A stretch of 36,372 bases of DNA from Opitutaceae bacterium (GCA_046594805.1 JBKJRG010000530.1:1-36372), one strand, 5' to 3'. Positions 1 to 8,727 are shown, counted from the stretch's first letter. A program made the numbers and translations. The notes: a model not told the origin generated them from the sequence alone.

Positions 1-1
1 C

Positions 2-766
2 CTGCTGCATACGCTCGGGTTGGCGCTGGAGAGCGATGCGCGGGTGCTGACGCGGAAGCTCACCGTCTCGCAACGTGCGAAGCTCGAGGACGTCTTTCGC
101 CGCCGCGCAATCGAGCGCGTGCCCGCGGCCTATCTCACGCAGGAAGCGTGGCTCGGGGAGCACCGGTTTTTTGTCGATGAGCGCGTCATCATTCCGCGCA
201 GCTACTTCCTCGAGCTGATCGCGGGCGAGCAGCTCGAGGCCTGGCTGCCGCTGCGGACGAAGGTGCGGCGCGCCGTGGATGTGTGCACGGGCTCGGGCTG
301 CCTTGCCGTCCTGCTCGCGCATCATTTCCCCGGGGCGCAGATCGATGCGTGTGACCTTTCGGCGGGGGCGCTGGAAGTGGCAAAGATCAACGTGCACGCG
401 CATGGCCTGTCGAAACGCGTGAAACTTTTCCAGAGCGACGTGCTGGAGGCCGTGCCGCCCGCGAAGTACGACCTCATCCTGAGTAACCCGCCCTACGAGC
501 CGAGCGCGCTCGTGGACGCGCAGGCGCCGGAGTTTGCCGCCGAACCGCGTATGGCGCACGACGGGGGGCGCGACGGGCTCGCAATCATCCGCCAGCTCCT
601 CCGCCAGGCCCGCGGACGGTTGCAGCCGCACGGCATCGTGGCGATCGAAGTGGGCGGGTTGCGGCCCGCGATCGACCAGGAGTTTGCCGCGCTCGAGCCG
701 CACTGGCTGCACACGGCCGACGGTTCGGATTGTGTGGTGCTTTTCCAAGCCGCGCGCCTGGAGTAG
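2..766 (+). CDS. prmB: 50S ribosomal protein L3 N5-glutamine methyltransferase (5' end outside window)
   Basis: RRAIERVPAAYL, FFVDERVIIPRS, SAM motif DVCTGSGC, catalytic SNPPY; frame is open to the window edge. Confidence 0.9.
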   Translation: MLHTLGLALESDARVLTRKLTVSQRAKLEDVFRRRAIERVPAAYLTQEAWLGEHRFFVDERVIIPRSYFLELIAGEQLEAWLPLRTKVRRAVDVCTGSGCLAVLLAHHFPGAQIDACDLSAGALEVAKINVHAHGLSKRVKLFQSDVLEAVPPAKYDLILSNPPYEPSALVDAQAPEFAAEPRMAHDGGRDGLAIIRQLLRQARGRLQPHGIVAIEVGGLRPAIDQEFAALEPHWLHTADGSDCVVLFQAARLE

Positions 767-1052
767 CGCAGGCGTCCCGCCTGCTAATTTTTGCAGAACC
801 AAGAGAACGAAGACTCGGGGGTGTCCGCCTTTGTTTCCTTCGTTGTCTTCTATAAAATGGATTGAGGTTGCAGTTTGCTCCGTGACCTCCGTGGGCCGCG
901 CTCCGTGCCCTCCGTGACAAAGATCGAGGATTGGGATTTCCTCCTTTCTGCCGTTTCTTCTTTCTGCCGTTTTCCGCTCCTCCTGGTTTCTGAATTCCTC
1001 TGCTATTTTTTCGCGCCATTCGCGCCTTCGCGTGAGCCCAAACTCCAAACTC
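763..1052. repeat. Intergenic mosaic of REP-like palindromes and short repeats
   Basis: GTAG+hairpin GCAGGCG-TCC-CGCCTGC (763-784); CTCCGTG repeats 878-916; TTTCTGCCGTTT x2; TTCGCGCC x2; AAACTCC repeats; 874-934 recurs inverted at 21225-21285. Confidence 0.75.
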
Positions 1053-1111
1053 AATCTGGTAACCAACACGGTATTGATGGTGTCCCGCACCTCCAAGACA
1101 GGGACAAGACA

Positions 1112-1165
1112 GCTCCATCGAGCGCCATCGAAGGGCTATCGAAGCTCCATCGATGATCCATCGAA
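1112..1165. repeat. Tandem 10-11 bp repeat array (GNNC(C/T)ATCGA x5)
   Basis: TCGA cores at 1118, 1128, 1139, 1150, 1161. Confidence 0.85.
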
Positions 1166-1307
1166 GCGGAGCCGAAACGCACGGTCCGTTCCGCCGCTGC
1201 GGGGAATAGTCCCCAACTGCGCGGCTGAACCTTCAACCGGAGGACACGACCATGGCAAAAAACTATGCACGCCAGCGACCGCTACCTCATCGAAGGCAGA
1301 CCAGCTC

Positions 1308-1622
1308 TCAGGCGCTCGCGAGCGCAGCCCCAACCTCGCGCGGTTTGGCTCCCGTCGCCAACATCCCGCGCACGAGCAAATCGACCGACACGTCGGGCCC
1401 GGCCGCTTCCATTTTGGCGATCCGGGACTGGCTGGAGTGCAGTTTCCGCGCGAGTCCTACCTGTGACCACCCGAGTCGCAGGCGACGGCCTTTGAGCTTT
1501 TCGGCGAGGGCCAGCCGGATGCTCACCATGGCGGCCTCTTCCGGCGCCAATTGGAGGAAATCGTCCGTCGAGCCGACTTTCCAGCCGGCCTTTTCGAGTT
1601 TCTTCTTTTTTTCGGGTTTCAT
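1308..1622 (-). CDS. XRE-family HTH protein, HigA-like antitoxin type (104 aa)
   Basis: MKPEKKKKLEKAGWKVGSTDDFL...SQVGLARKLHSSQSRIAKMEA...SVDLLVR; ATG at 1622 preferred over the longer ORF call. Confidence 0.8.
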   Translation of the reverse strand: MKPEKKKKLEKAGWKVGSTDDFLQLAPEEAAMVSIRLALAEKLKGRRLRLGWSQVGLARKLHSSQSRIAKMEAAGPDVSVDLLVRGMLATGAKPREVGAALASA

Positions 1623-1688
1623 GTTCGGATTCGGGTTCGTATTCGTGTTCGGATGTCCGCTTCGTGCGCGACTGGGGCCGATCAGGCC

Positions 1689-1753
1689 TGTTGTTCGTGT
1701 GCGCTTCGAATGTTGTTCGTATGGGCTTCGTGTTTGTTCGAATGGTGTTCGTG
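1689..1753. repeat. Tandem 10-11 bp repeat array (T..(G/C)TTCG.. x6)
   Basis: TTCG cores at 1694, 1705, 1716, 1727, 1737, 1748. Confidence 0.85.
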
Positions 1754-1864
1754 TCCGGTCGCGGTTCCTCCGCAGTCCTCTCGCGGTCCGCACGCTTTCC
1801 GCACCTGCCTCGCGGCGTCCCAAGGTGTGGGGAAAATTTCGCAGTACGAGCACAACGCGGACGG

Positions 1865-1906
1865 AGAGCGAAGCGGATACGAAGCCGCACGAAGGATGTT
1901 CGAAGG
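1865..1906. repeat. Tandem 10-11 bp repeat array (CGAAG x4), inverted relative to the 1689-1753 array
   Basis: CGAAG at 1869, 1880, 1890, 1901. Confidence 0.75.
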
Positions 1907-1917
1907 AACAGGTAGTA

Positions 1918-2078
1918 GTCATGTCAGTATTCGGTCCAACTTCCGCTCTGAGGCGCCACCAGGCGTCCCACTATCCGAGGCAGGTTTGTACCGAATACTG
2001 ACATGGCCCCTTTTTCTGACTCAGTCCGCGAAACCCCGGATTTTGGGGTAAAGAATCAACTTGTAGCGCCCTGACCCC
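1918..2078. repeat. GGGGTCA/TGACCCC-type palindromic elements (left island boundary)
   Basis: Perfect 16 bp inverted repeat CATGTCAGTATTCGGT (1920-1935)/ACCGAATACTGACATG (1990-2005) ending in GCCCC; second short unit GGGGTAA...CGCCCTGACCCC (2046-2078). Confidence 0.7.
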
Positions 2079-2109
2079 CCGTGGAGTTGCTCCACCTTGA
2101 TCTGGCCCT

Positions 2110-2973
2110 TCAGCTCTTCCGAATAAACTGCTCCACCTTGATCTGGCCGTCGGGTTTTTCCTCGGTGAGCACTTCGAACGTGCCGGTCGTGCGCTGTTGG
2201 CTGCCGCCTTTGCTGTCGTAGAACTCGATGAAGACTTTGCCTTCCGTTCGGTATCGCCCGGCCCAGCCAGTGACGGGCTGCGGCTGGTCGTTTTCAAAAT
2301 CGATCCGGCTGACGCTGATATTATTGGAGCCCAGGCGATGCTCGTACCGGTAATAGTAGTCGACATGCTTGAGCGCGATCGACTGATGCTGCTGCAGTGA
2401 GCGCTGAGCCTGCGCCACGGCACGCTGCGCCTCCAGCGGGTCCACGGCGGGTTGGGGCGTAGGGGAACGGGCGGGCGGCGCCAGACGGGTTGGCACCGCC
2501 ACCTGCCGGACATACCTCGGATCATACCAATGCCCCGGCTGGTTCGGGTCCTGGACCAGGGTTTGCGGCCTGGAGCCACTGTATTGCGTCGAGGCCGGCG
2601 CAACCGAAAAGGTCACCATTGGCCCAGCGGGCGCCGAGGGCGGAATCACCTTCGGGGTCGCGATAATCGTCATGTTCTGGCCACTGACCGGCGCGCCCTT
2701 CAGCTGCGCCTGAAAGGTGGCGGGAACAAGCTTGAGCGGAATGGTCATCGCTCGCCCATCCGCGACCACGAGCACTGTGTCCGTCGACGCATTGTAGGTT
2801 TTGACGACGACGTTCTTCAGTCTGCGGCCGTCTGCCAGGTCGAGCCGGGTAAACTCAACCGGCGACTCCGTGGCCACAGGTGCCGCAGAGAACGATCCCG
2901 GTGCGGCCGACAAGATGATCAGACCAACCGCGAAGAGGCGGCGAAGCGTAGGGGCGTAGTGCGCTCGTAACAT
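2110..2973 (-). CDS. Hypothetical exported protein (signal peptide, Pro/Gln-rich linker)
   Basis: 287 aa ORF with hydrophobic N-terminus; starts 6 bp after the helicase stop, AGGA in the spacer. Confidence 0.7.
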   Translation of the reverse strand: MLRAHYAPTLRRLFAVGLIILSAAPGSFSAAPVATESPVEFTRLDLADGRRLKNVVVKTYNASTDTVLVVADGRAMTIPLKLVPATFQAQLKGAPVSGQNMTIIATPKVIPPSAPAGPMVTFSVAPASTQYSGSRPQTLVQDPNQPGHWYDPRYVRQVAVPTRLAPPARSPTPQPAVDPLEAQRAVAQAQRSLQQHQSIALKHVDYYYRYEHRLGSNNISVSRIDFENDQPQPVTGWAGRYRTEGKVFIEFYDSKGGSQQRTTGTFEVLTEEKPDGQIKVEQFIRKS

Positions 2974-2979
2974 ATCCTG

Positions 2980-5097
2980 TTATTTTTTGGCTCGCGACAA
3001 ACCGGGTGATGCTGCCGGGCTTCTCGAAGTTTTCAAATCGTCCAAGAATTCTGACGGATTGCTCGCGCTTGTAATCAAAAGGTGATCACGCGCGCGGGTG
3101 CACGCGACGTAGAGCAAGTGCCGCTCGGTGTCATAGACCTCCTGCAAATCGGCGTCGTCGCCAACGGTTTCGATCCGCTCCTGCAACGGAATGATTTCGT
3201 CATCGCAGGCCATCACGGCCACGGCGCGGAACTCCAGTCCTTTGGCGAGGTGCATTGTGCTGATGGATACGTGGCCGCTGGTCGTCTCGACGTGTTCGTC
3301 GAGAATCTTGAACGGCAAACCCGATTCCTTCACCGCGGCCTGAGCGCGGACCAATTGCGCTGCGGATCGCACGAACACCCCAAACTCGTGTGGCAGCACG
3401 CCACCCTTGGTCTGTTCTTTAATCCACTTGGCGACGGTTGTCGCTTCGTTCGCCTCATCTTTGCACACCTGAAGGAGTGGCGGCGTTCCGTTGAACACGG
3501 ACACGGTGTCACTCCGAATTTCGGTGTTCCCGTCTACGTCGGCCACCGCCGGCCCGAGCAGGCGGTCCGCCTGGGTGCGGATTTGGTGCGATGTGCGGTA
3601 GTTGACGCGCAACGTGCGCGAGCGTCCCCGGATGTCCACGCCCAGCGACTTCCAGGAAAACGGTTGCTGAAAGATGCGTTGCCCGAGGTCGCCAGCGAAG
3701 AACAGGGCATCGGGTCGGCCTCCACCCAACGCCGCCAGAAACCGCAGATGCGCGACGCTTAGGTCCTGCGCTTCGTCCACCACGACGAAGTCGAACACAA
3801 CCTTCCGGCTCTTCGCGATCGCGGCGGCCAGCGTGCTGAACAGCTCCGCGTGCGTGATGAGTTTGCGGGTTTTCAAATCGGCGCGCACCCGCTCAAAGAT
3901 TGACCACAGCACCGCGCGCTGCGCCTCCGGCAGCCGCGTTTTCCGGCCGAGGCGCGCGACCTCGCGATACGCTTCCCAGCTTTCCAGCTGCCAGGCATCC
4001 ACGATCTGTTCCCATTCAGTGAGAAGAAAGTGCGCGCTGAATTTATGTCCGCTCACGGCGCTCGCGGCTTCTTTCAAGATTTCGCGCAGCGCTTCGCGGC
4101 TGGCGACGGTCGCCGGGCCGACGTGCGTCTTGTAGAGCCGGAGCCCGATGGCATCGATCGAATGGACATCGATCCTTTCGCCGAGACGCGGTTCATTGCC
4201 CAATAATCGTCGGAGCTTGGTTTGCAGCGCACTGGCCAGCGGGTCGGAAAATGTCGTCAGCAACACCCGAGCGTCGGGATGCGTTCGCGCCAGATACGCG
4301 GCGCGGTGCAGAGCCACGATGGTTTTGCCTGTGCCGGCGGAGCCGGACACGCGCGCTGGACCGTTGTAATCGCGCTCGACCAACTCCCGTTGCTCGGGGT
4401 GCAGGAACACGGTCCACTTCTCCCACGGAAATTCGAGTGCGCGCTGCAGCTCCTCCACGTTCGTCATCACGCGGAACCGGCGTTGGGCGTCGGGATGCTC
4501 AAAGGGATTTGCCGCGGCCACAATAGGCGTCGCCACGCGCGGTTTGCCGCCGGTGGCTAATTCGAGGAGCGCTTCAGCCGCCTCCGCGGGCAGGCGATCG
4601 GCGAGCAACAGCAGGCTGTCCTCGGTCGCCTTGCGCACATCGTTCAACCAATCTTGTGGCACGCCGTAGCCGAGGAGTTCGTCGTCGGTGGCGGCAGCGA
4701 ACAAGGGCGGCCTCGGCGCGAGCGGGGTCTCCTTCTGCACATAGACCGGCACGGCAATCTCCCGCACGGTTTCCCTGATTTCCACCCACTGCGCGGCACC
4801 TGTCTTGGGATGGGTCTCGAGCTTCCGACGCTCCGCCCAATCGTAGGCCTTGTCGTGGTGATCTACGTAACAGAGCAGCAGGCTGCCGGCGGTCTTGTGG
4901 ACGATTAGCCGAATGTCGGCGCTCACCCGCACCGACCCAAAATTCTTGTCCCGCGCCTTGTCGAGCTTGTGAAAGCTCATCCCGGAGTTGACCGGGTTCA
5001 TTTGCAGATCGAATGCCGTCGTCTTCACGGCCTTCTGCTCGTCGCCGGTCAGGCGGGCGAGACTGTCCGTGAAGGTGTCGGCAATCCGGAAGTCCAC
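2980..5097 (-). CDS. UvrD/Rep-like SF1 helicase with N-terminal RelE/ParE-like domain
   Basis: Walker A GSAGTGKT, VVVDEAQD, AGDLGQRI, NYRT, TMHLAKGLEF, LYVACTRAR; N-terminal SFHKLD..SVRV..DIRLIVH segment; GTG at 5097 lies 2 bp after the upstream stop. Confidence 0.88.
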   Translation of the reverse strand: MDFRIADTFTDSLARLTGDEQKAVKTTAFDLQMNPVNSGMSFHKLDKARDKNFGSVRVSADIRLIVHKTAGSLLLCYVDHHDKAYDWAERRKLETHPKTGAAQWVEIRETVREIAVPVYVQKETPLAPRPPLFAAATDDELLGYGVPQDWLNDVRKATEDSLLLLADRLPAEAAEALLELATGGKPRVATPIVAAANPFEHPDAQRRFRVMTNVEELQRALEFPWEKWTVFLHPEQRELVERDYNGPARVSGSAGTGKTIVALHRAAYLARTHPDARVLLTTFSDPLASALQTKLRRLLGNEPRLGERIDVHSIDAIGLRLYKTHVGPATVASREALREILKEAASAVSGHKFSAHFLLTEWEQIVDAWQLESWEAYREVARLGRKTRLPEAQRAVLWSIFERVRADLKTRKLITHAELFSTLAAAIAKSRKVVFDFVVVDEAQDLSVAHLRFLAALGGGRPDALFFAGDLGQRIFQQPFSWKSLGVDIRGRSRTLRVNYRTSHQIRTQADRLLGPAVADVDGNTEIRSDTVSVFNGTPPLLQVCKDEANEATTVAKWIKEQTKGGVLPHEFGVFVRSAAQLVRAQAAVKESGLPFKILDEHVETTSGHVSISTMHLAKGLEFRAVAVMACDDEIIPLQERIETVGDDADLQEVYDTERHLLYVACTRARDHLLITSASNPSEFLDDLKTSRSPAASPGLSRAKK

Positions 5098-5099
5098 GA

Positions 5100-5726
5100 T
5101 CACAAAGGCCAGAGTTTCTCTCGATTCAGCCGCTTTTCGATTACGTCCTGTGAAACGGCAAAATGTTTGCTCAGCGGAATGCAAAGATACGACAGGTGGG
5201 CATCATTGAGTTTGTCCCGCTTGATGCCCGACTGCTCCACATCGGCGATGGTCTTCTCAAACTGCGTTTGCAGGGGGTCGAGCGGGACCAGCAAACGCCC
5301 GGCAAATTCATAGGCCTGAAACTCCAGGAACCCATATTCCCTGTCCGGCATGCCCTGCATGAACGCGATCCACTTTGCCGGAGTTTCGCGCGGGATATTG
5401 CCGAAGACAGCTTTATGCAGGACGTAGTGTCCGAGTTCGTGGGCTACGCTAAATCGCAGGCGGAGCAAATAGCGGTCATCCAGATACTGCTGCTTGTCCA
5501 CCATGAGGGTCTTCCAGTCGCCGAGCAAAAGTGCGTCCACATCGGCATCCTGCCTTAAGCTGGCGACCGCCCTGATATCCAGGCCCAGGTCAAATTCGGC
5601 GATCGCCAGCACATCCAGAGGGATCGCCCCCGTCGGCCAGAAGCGCTGCCTGAATGTGTCCGCGGCGGCCCAGCACTGTGACGCATCAATATAGGGCGCC
5701 TTAAAGGTCCGCGGATCGATTGGCAT
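5100..5726 (-). CDS. ImmA/IrrE family metallo-endopeptidase
   Basis: RLRFSVAHELGHYVLH zinc motif and downstream EFQAYEFAGRLLVP. Confidence 0.9.
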   Translation of the reverse strand: MPIDPRTFKAPYIDASQCWAAADTFRQRFWPTGAIPLDVLAIAEFDLGLDIRAVASLRQDADVDALLLGDWKTLMVDKQQYLDDRYLLRLRFSVAHELGHYVLHKAVFGNIPRETPAKWIAFMQGMPDREYGFLEFQAYEFAGRLLVPLDPLQTQFEKTIADVEQSGIKRDKLNDAHLSYLCIPLSKHFAVSQDVIEKRLNREKLWPL

Positions 5727-5729
5727 GCG

Positions 5730-6107
5730 TCAGCTTTTCCGGATTTTATCGATGACCTTCAGCATCTCGGCTTCGGTCGGCTTCTGCCCGCGTAAGGTTC
5801 TGAAAAACGCCGGCAGCTCCTTCACGAGTTCTGCATCATCCATGATATCCTTTGGGATGATGCCCCGGTCGGCGGCGGCGAGATCGAAGAAAAGATACCA
5901 ACCATCCCCTCCATCCTTCAGCCCGAGGGCCTTGGCGTAACGGGCAAGAATCTCGGTGTCTTGCGGCGGCGGAATGGCTCTCCGCTCCAAACGGCTGATG
6001 TTTCCTGGATCGGCGCCTGCCGCATCACAGAAAGCCCGGAGCGTGATTCTCTTCTCCATCCGCAGTGCTTTGAAATACACGGCGAAGTTTTCGTGGGGGG
6101 TGTTCAT
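5730..6107 (-). CDS. XRE-family HTH transcriptional regulator
   Basis: FKALRMEKRITLRAFC...DPGNISRLER...LARYAKALG; ATG at 6107; stop 3 bp before the peptidase start. Confidence 0.88.
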   Translation of the reverse strand: MNTPHENFAVYFKALRMEKRITLRAFCDAAGADPGNISRLERRAIPPPQDTEILARYAKALGLKDGGDGWYLFFDLAAADRGIIPKDIMDDAELVKELPAFFRTLRGQKPTEAEMLKVIDKIRKS

Positions 6108-6116
6108 GGGTTTCAA

Positions 6117-6160
6117 TGTTGTGGTTCCGATACAACAAGTGTTGTGTTGGTTCAACAACA
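6117..6160. promoter_or_regulatory. Tandem palindromic operator TGTTGT-N9-ACAACA x2
   Basis: 6117-6137 TGTTGTggttccgatACAACA and 6140-6160 TGTTGTgttggttcaACAACA, directly upstream of the XRE start. Confidence 0.75.
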
Positions 6161-6169
6161 TTCATGCCT

Positions 6170-6619
6170 TTACACCCGGAACACCTTCATCACCTCATCG
6201 CCGAGGTGGTTTATGACTTTCACCGCGATGCGCCCGCTCTTTGGTTTGTCGAAGGGTCGTGACGTGTCGCTGTTCAGCGTCGCCCATGCTTCGGGATTTA
6301 TCTCGGCTTTGAGCGTCGTCTTGAGCGCGCTGTAGGGATCGTTCGCACCGAGGAAGTAGGCGTGGCGGACGAAGAAGCTTTCTTCGTTGTAGTCGGTGTC
6401 GATAAACCAGCACGCGATGCCGTCGGCGCCGTCGCTGATGACTTCGCCGGTCTGGGGCTTGAACACGTCCACGCCGTTCACTTTTACGCGGAGCTTGCCG
6501 TCTTTTTCCGGCGATAGCGTGATGTCCGGCTCGCCGAAGATGACGAACAGATTCCCTTTGCCGGTATTCTTGAGATCCTCGGCCATGTGCAGGTCGGCGT
6601 TCATGCGGGCCTTGAGCAC
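6170..6619 (-). pseudogene. C-terminal fragment of a type III-like site-specific DNA methyltransferase (Mod)
   Basis: VLKARMNADLHM..NLFVIFGEPDI..IACWFIDTDY..FFVRHAYF..IAVKVINHLGDEVMKVF resembles the C-terminus of large Mod proteins; no DPPY or SAM motif; in-frame stop 8 codons upstream (6644-6646). Confidence 0.75.
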
Positions 6620-6805
6620 GAGCCCGTCAGAACACCTCAGGCTTTACATTTTGACTTGGTTGAGATGAAGCAGCCTGAGCAGCCCAATGCAGGCAAACGG
6701 GTTCTCGATGGGGCCACCGTGCTGGTCGCATTAGATCGCCGTTGCCACGTGCCGGAGGTGGTCGCATGAGCTTACTGTCAGCGAACCGCCGTTAGATTTC
6801 ACCTT

Positions 6806-7801
6806 ATGAGCAAAAATGCATGGATGATTCGCGCCGGCGAAGGCGCACACTTGATCGACGAATTTATCAAAGGTACAGTTACCGTCGGCTGGCGTGAGAC
6901 TGGGGAGCTTACAGACAAATCGCAGCGCGACCTTCGGTTGCGGCTGGCCAGCGTATATCCGGAATCTAAGGCCGGCAAAAACCAGAATGTCGCATCGGTG
7001 CTCTGGCGCTTCGCTCACGTGGCCAAAGTTGGCGACACAGTTGTGACCTACGATGCCGCCAAACGAGAATATCTGCTGGGCGAAATCACCAGCGCCTATC
7101 GGTTCGAGTCGGATCGGAAAAAGCACCCCCACATTCGCGACGTGAAGTGGCAGCAGCGGGTTTCACGCGATGTTTTGAGCGTCGCCACCCGCAACTCGCT
7201 CGGCAGCACCCTTACGCTGTTTCTGCTACCAGAGGAAGCAGTGGCCGACCTTGAAATGGCAGCGAAAGGAGGTAAAACGGCCGAATCCCCTGGTGGACTT
7301 GAAGAGCGCAAAGACCAGCTCGTGCAATCGAACCGCGACGCGGAGGAACAAGCGCGGGAACTCATCCAAGATCGAATTCTGGCACTTGATCCCTACGAAA
7401 TGCAGGAGTTGGTCGCGGCCGTTCTGCGCGCGATGGGATACCGCACGCGGGTTTCGCCTCCGGGCTCTGATAGGGGCGTCGACGTTCTCGCCTCTCCAGA
7501 TGGGCTGGGCCTTCAAGAACCTCGAATCAAAGTGGAAGTGAAACATCGGCAAAACACCGCGATGGGTTCGCCGGAAGTGCGCAGTTTTATCGGCAGCCTC
7601 CGCGCCGGCGACCGCGGCCTGTACGTGAGCACGGGAGCATTTTCAAAGGAGGCAAAATACGAAGCAGAACGGGCAACGGTCCCTGTCACGCTAATCGATC
7701 TTCGGGATCTCGCGCAGCTGGTGACGGACAACTACGAAACCTTCGATGTGAAAGGACGCGCCTTGCTGCCGCTGGTACGAATCTACCGGCCGGCGGAGTG
7801 A
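6806..7801 (+). CDS. Mrr-family restriction endonuclease with N-terminal EVE/PUA-like domain
   Basis: N-terminal WMIRAG..VGW..GDTVV; C-terminal Mrr catalytic segment ELVAAVLRAMGY..DRGVD..IKVEVKH..GLYVSTGAFS. Confidence 0.85.
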   Translation: MSKNAWMIRAGEGAHLIDEFIKGTVTVGWRETGELTDKSQRDLRLRLASVYPESKAGKNQNVASVLWRFAHVAKVGDTVVTYDAAKREYLLGEITSAYRFESDRKKHPHIRDVKWQQRVSRDVLSVATRNSLGSTLTLFLLPEEAVADLEMAAKGGKTAESPGGLEERKDQLVQSNRDAEEQARELIQDRILALDPYEMQELVAAVLRAMGYRTRVSPPGSDRGVDVLASPDGLGLQEPRIKVEVKHRQNTAMGSPEVRSFIGSLRAGDRGLYVSTGAFSKEAKYEAERATVPVTLIDLRDLAQLVTDNYETFDVKGRALLPLVRIYRPAE

Positions 7802-7802
7802 C

Positions 7803-8720
7803 ATGAAACTCTTCGTCGGAGTTACCAACAACGAGTGGTTTCGATTTCTCGCGGAGCGGAAGCCCGACGAAGTGAATTTCTGGCGGCCGCGGAGTCAGAT
7901 GAATTTCAAGGCGCTGCAGACCGGCGATGTCTTTCTGTTCAAGCTTCACTCGCCTATGGATTTCATCGCGGGCGGTGGAATCTTTCAGAAGCACACGTTC
8001 CTTCCCTTGCCACTTGCGTGGCAGGCTTTCGGCGAGAAAAACGGCGTCGCGGATTACGATACGTTTGAGCGGCGTATTCTCGAGCATCGCGCACCTGACG
8101 AACTGCATCGGCAGATCGGCTGCACGATTCTCGTCGAACCATTCTTCTGGCCGCGTGAGGAATGGATTCCGGCGCCCGCCGACTGGGGCAAGAGCATTGT
8201 CGTCGGCAAAGGTTATGACCTCGCCACCCCATCCGGGGCCGCGTTGTGGGATGCGGTTCGCACGCGTTTGGCTGGCGCACAATCGACACCCTCGCTCTCA
8301 TGCGTTGCCGAAGGGGCAGCGCGCTACGGAGCGCCGGTCACAGTGCGGCCGCGCTTGGGCCAAGGGGCGTTTCGCGTTGAGGTGACAGATGCCTATTCGC
8401 GTCGGTGTGCGATCACCGGCGAAAAGACCTTACCCGCACTCGCCGCCTGCCATATTAAACCTTTTGCAAAGCACGGCCCGCATGAAACTCGCAACGGGCT
8501 CCTTCTTCGCTCGGACCTCCACAATCTTTTCGATCTCGGTTATCTTACGGTCACACTGGACTACAAAGTCGAAGTGAGCCGGCGGATTCGTGAAGAGTTC
8601 GAGAACGGGCGACACTATTACGCGCTCCACGGGCAGACGCTCGGTGTCCTGCCGAGCGAGGAAACGGCGCGTCCGGCAAAAGAATTTATCGAGTGGCACC
8701 ACGGCATTTTCAAAGGGTAG
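7803..8720 (+). CDS. HNH endonuclease (putative restriction endonuclease)
   Basis: RLGQGAFR..AYSRRCAITGE..HIKP..NGLLLRSDLHNLFDLG; N-terminal VNFWRP/FLFKLH domain. Confidence 0.85.
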   Translation: MKLFVGVTNNEWFRFLAERKPDEVNFWRPRSQMNFKALQTGDVFLFKLHSPMDFIAGGGIFQKHTFLPLPLAWQAFGEKNGVADYDTFERRILEHRAPDELHRQIGCTILVEPFFWPREEWIPAPADWGKSIVVGKGYDLATPSGAALWDAVRTRLAGAQSTPSLSCVAEGAARYGAPVTVRPRLGQGAFRVEVTDAYSRRCAITGEKTLPALAACHIKPFAKHGPHETRNGLLLRSDLHNLFDLGYLTVTLDYKVEVSRRIREEFENGRHYYALHGQTLGVLPSEETARPAKEFIEWHHGIFKG

Positions 8721-8727
8721 GCACCCG

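Noticed and set aside
1252-1310. Possible HicB-like gene start (MHASDRYL)
   Set aside because: Only about 8 residues of resemblance before running into the antisense XRE gene
1112-1906. CRISPR array interpretation of the short repeats
   Set aside because: Period is 10-11 bp with no unique 25-40 bp spacers, and no cas genes are present
5100-6160. Prophage or ICE immunity region
   Set aside because: No integrase, excisionase, phage structural or conjugation genes in the window
6665-6797. Degenerate integron attC before the Mrr gene (GTCGCATGAGCTT..GTCAGC; GTTAGAT at 6791)
   Set aside because: No complementary RYYYAAC left end, no attC between downstream genes and no integrase; would need IntegronFinder to revive
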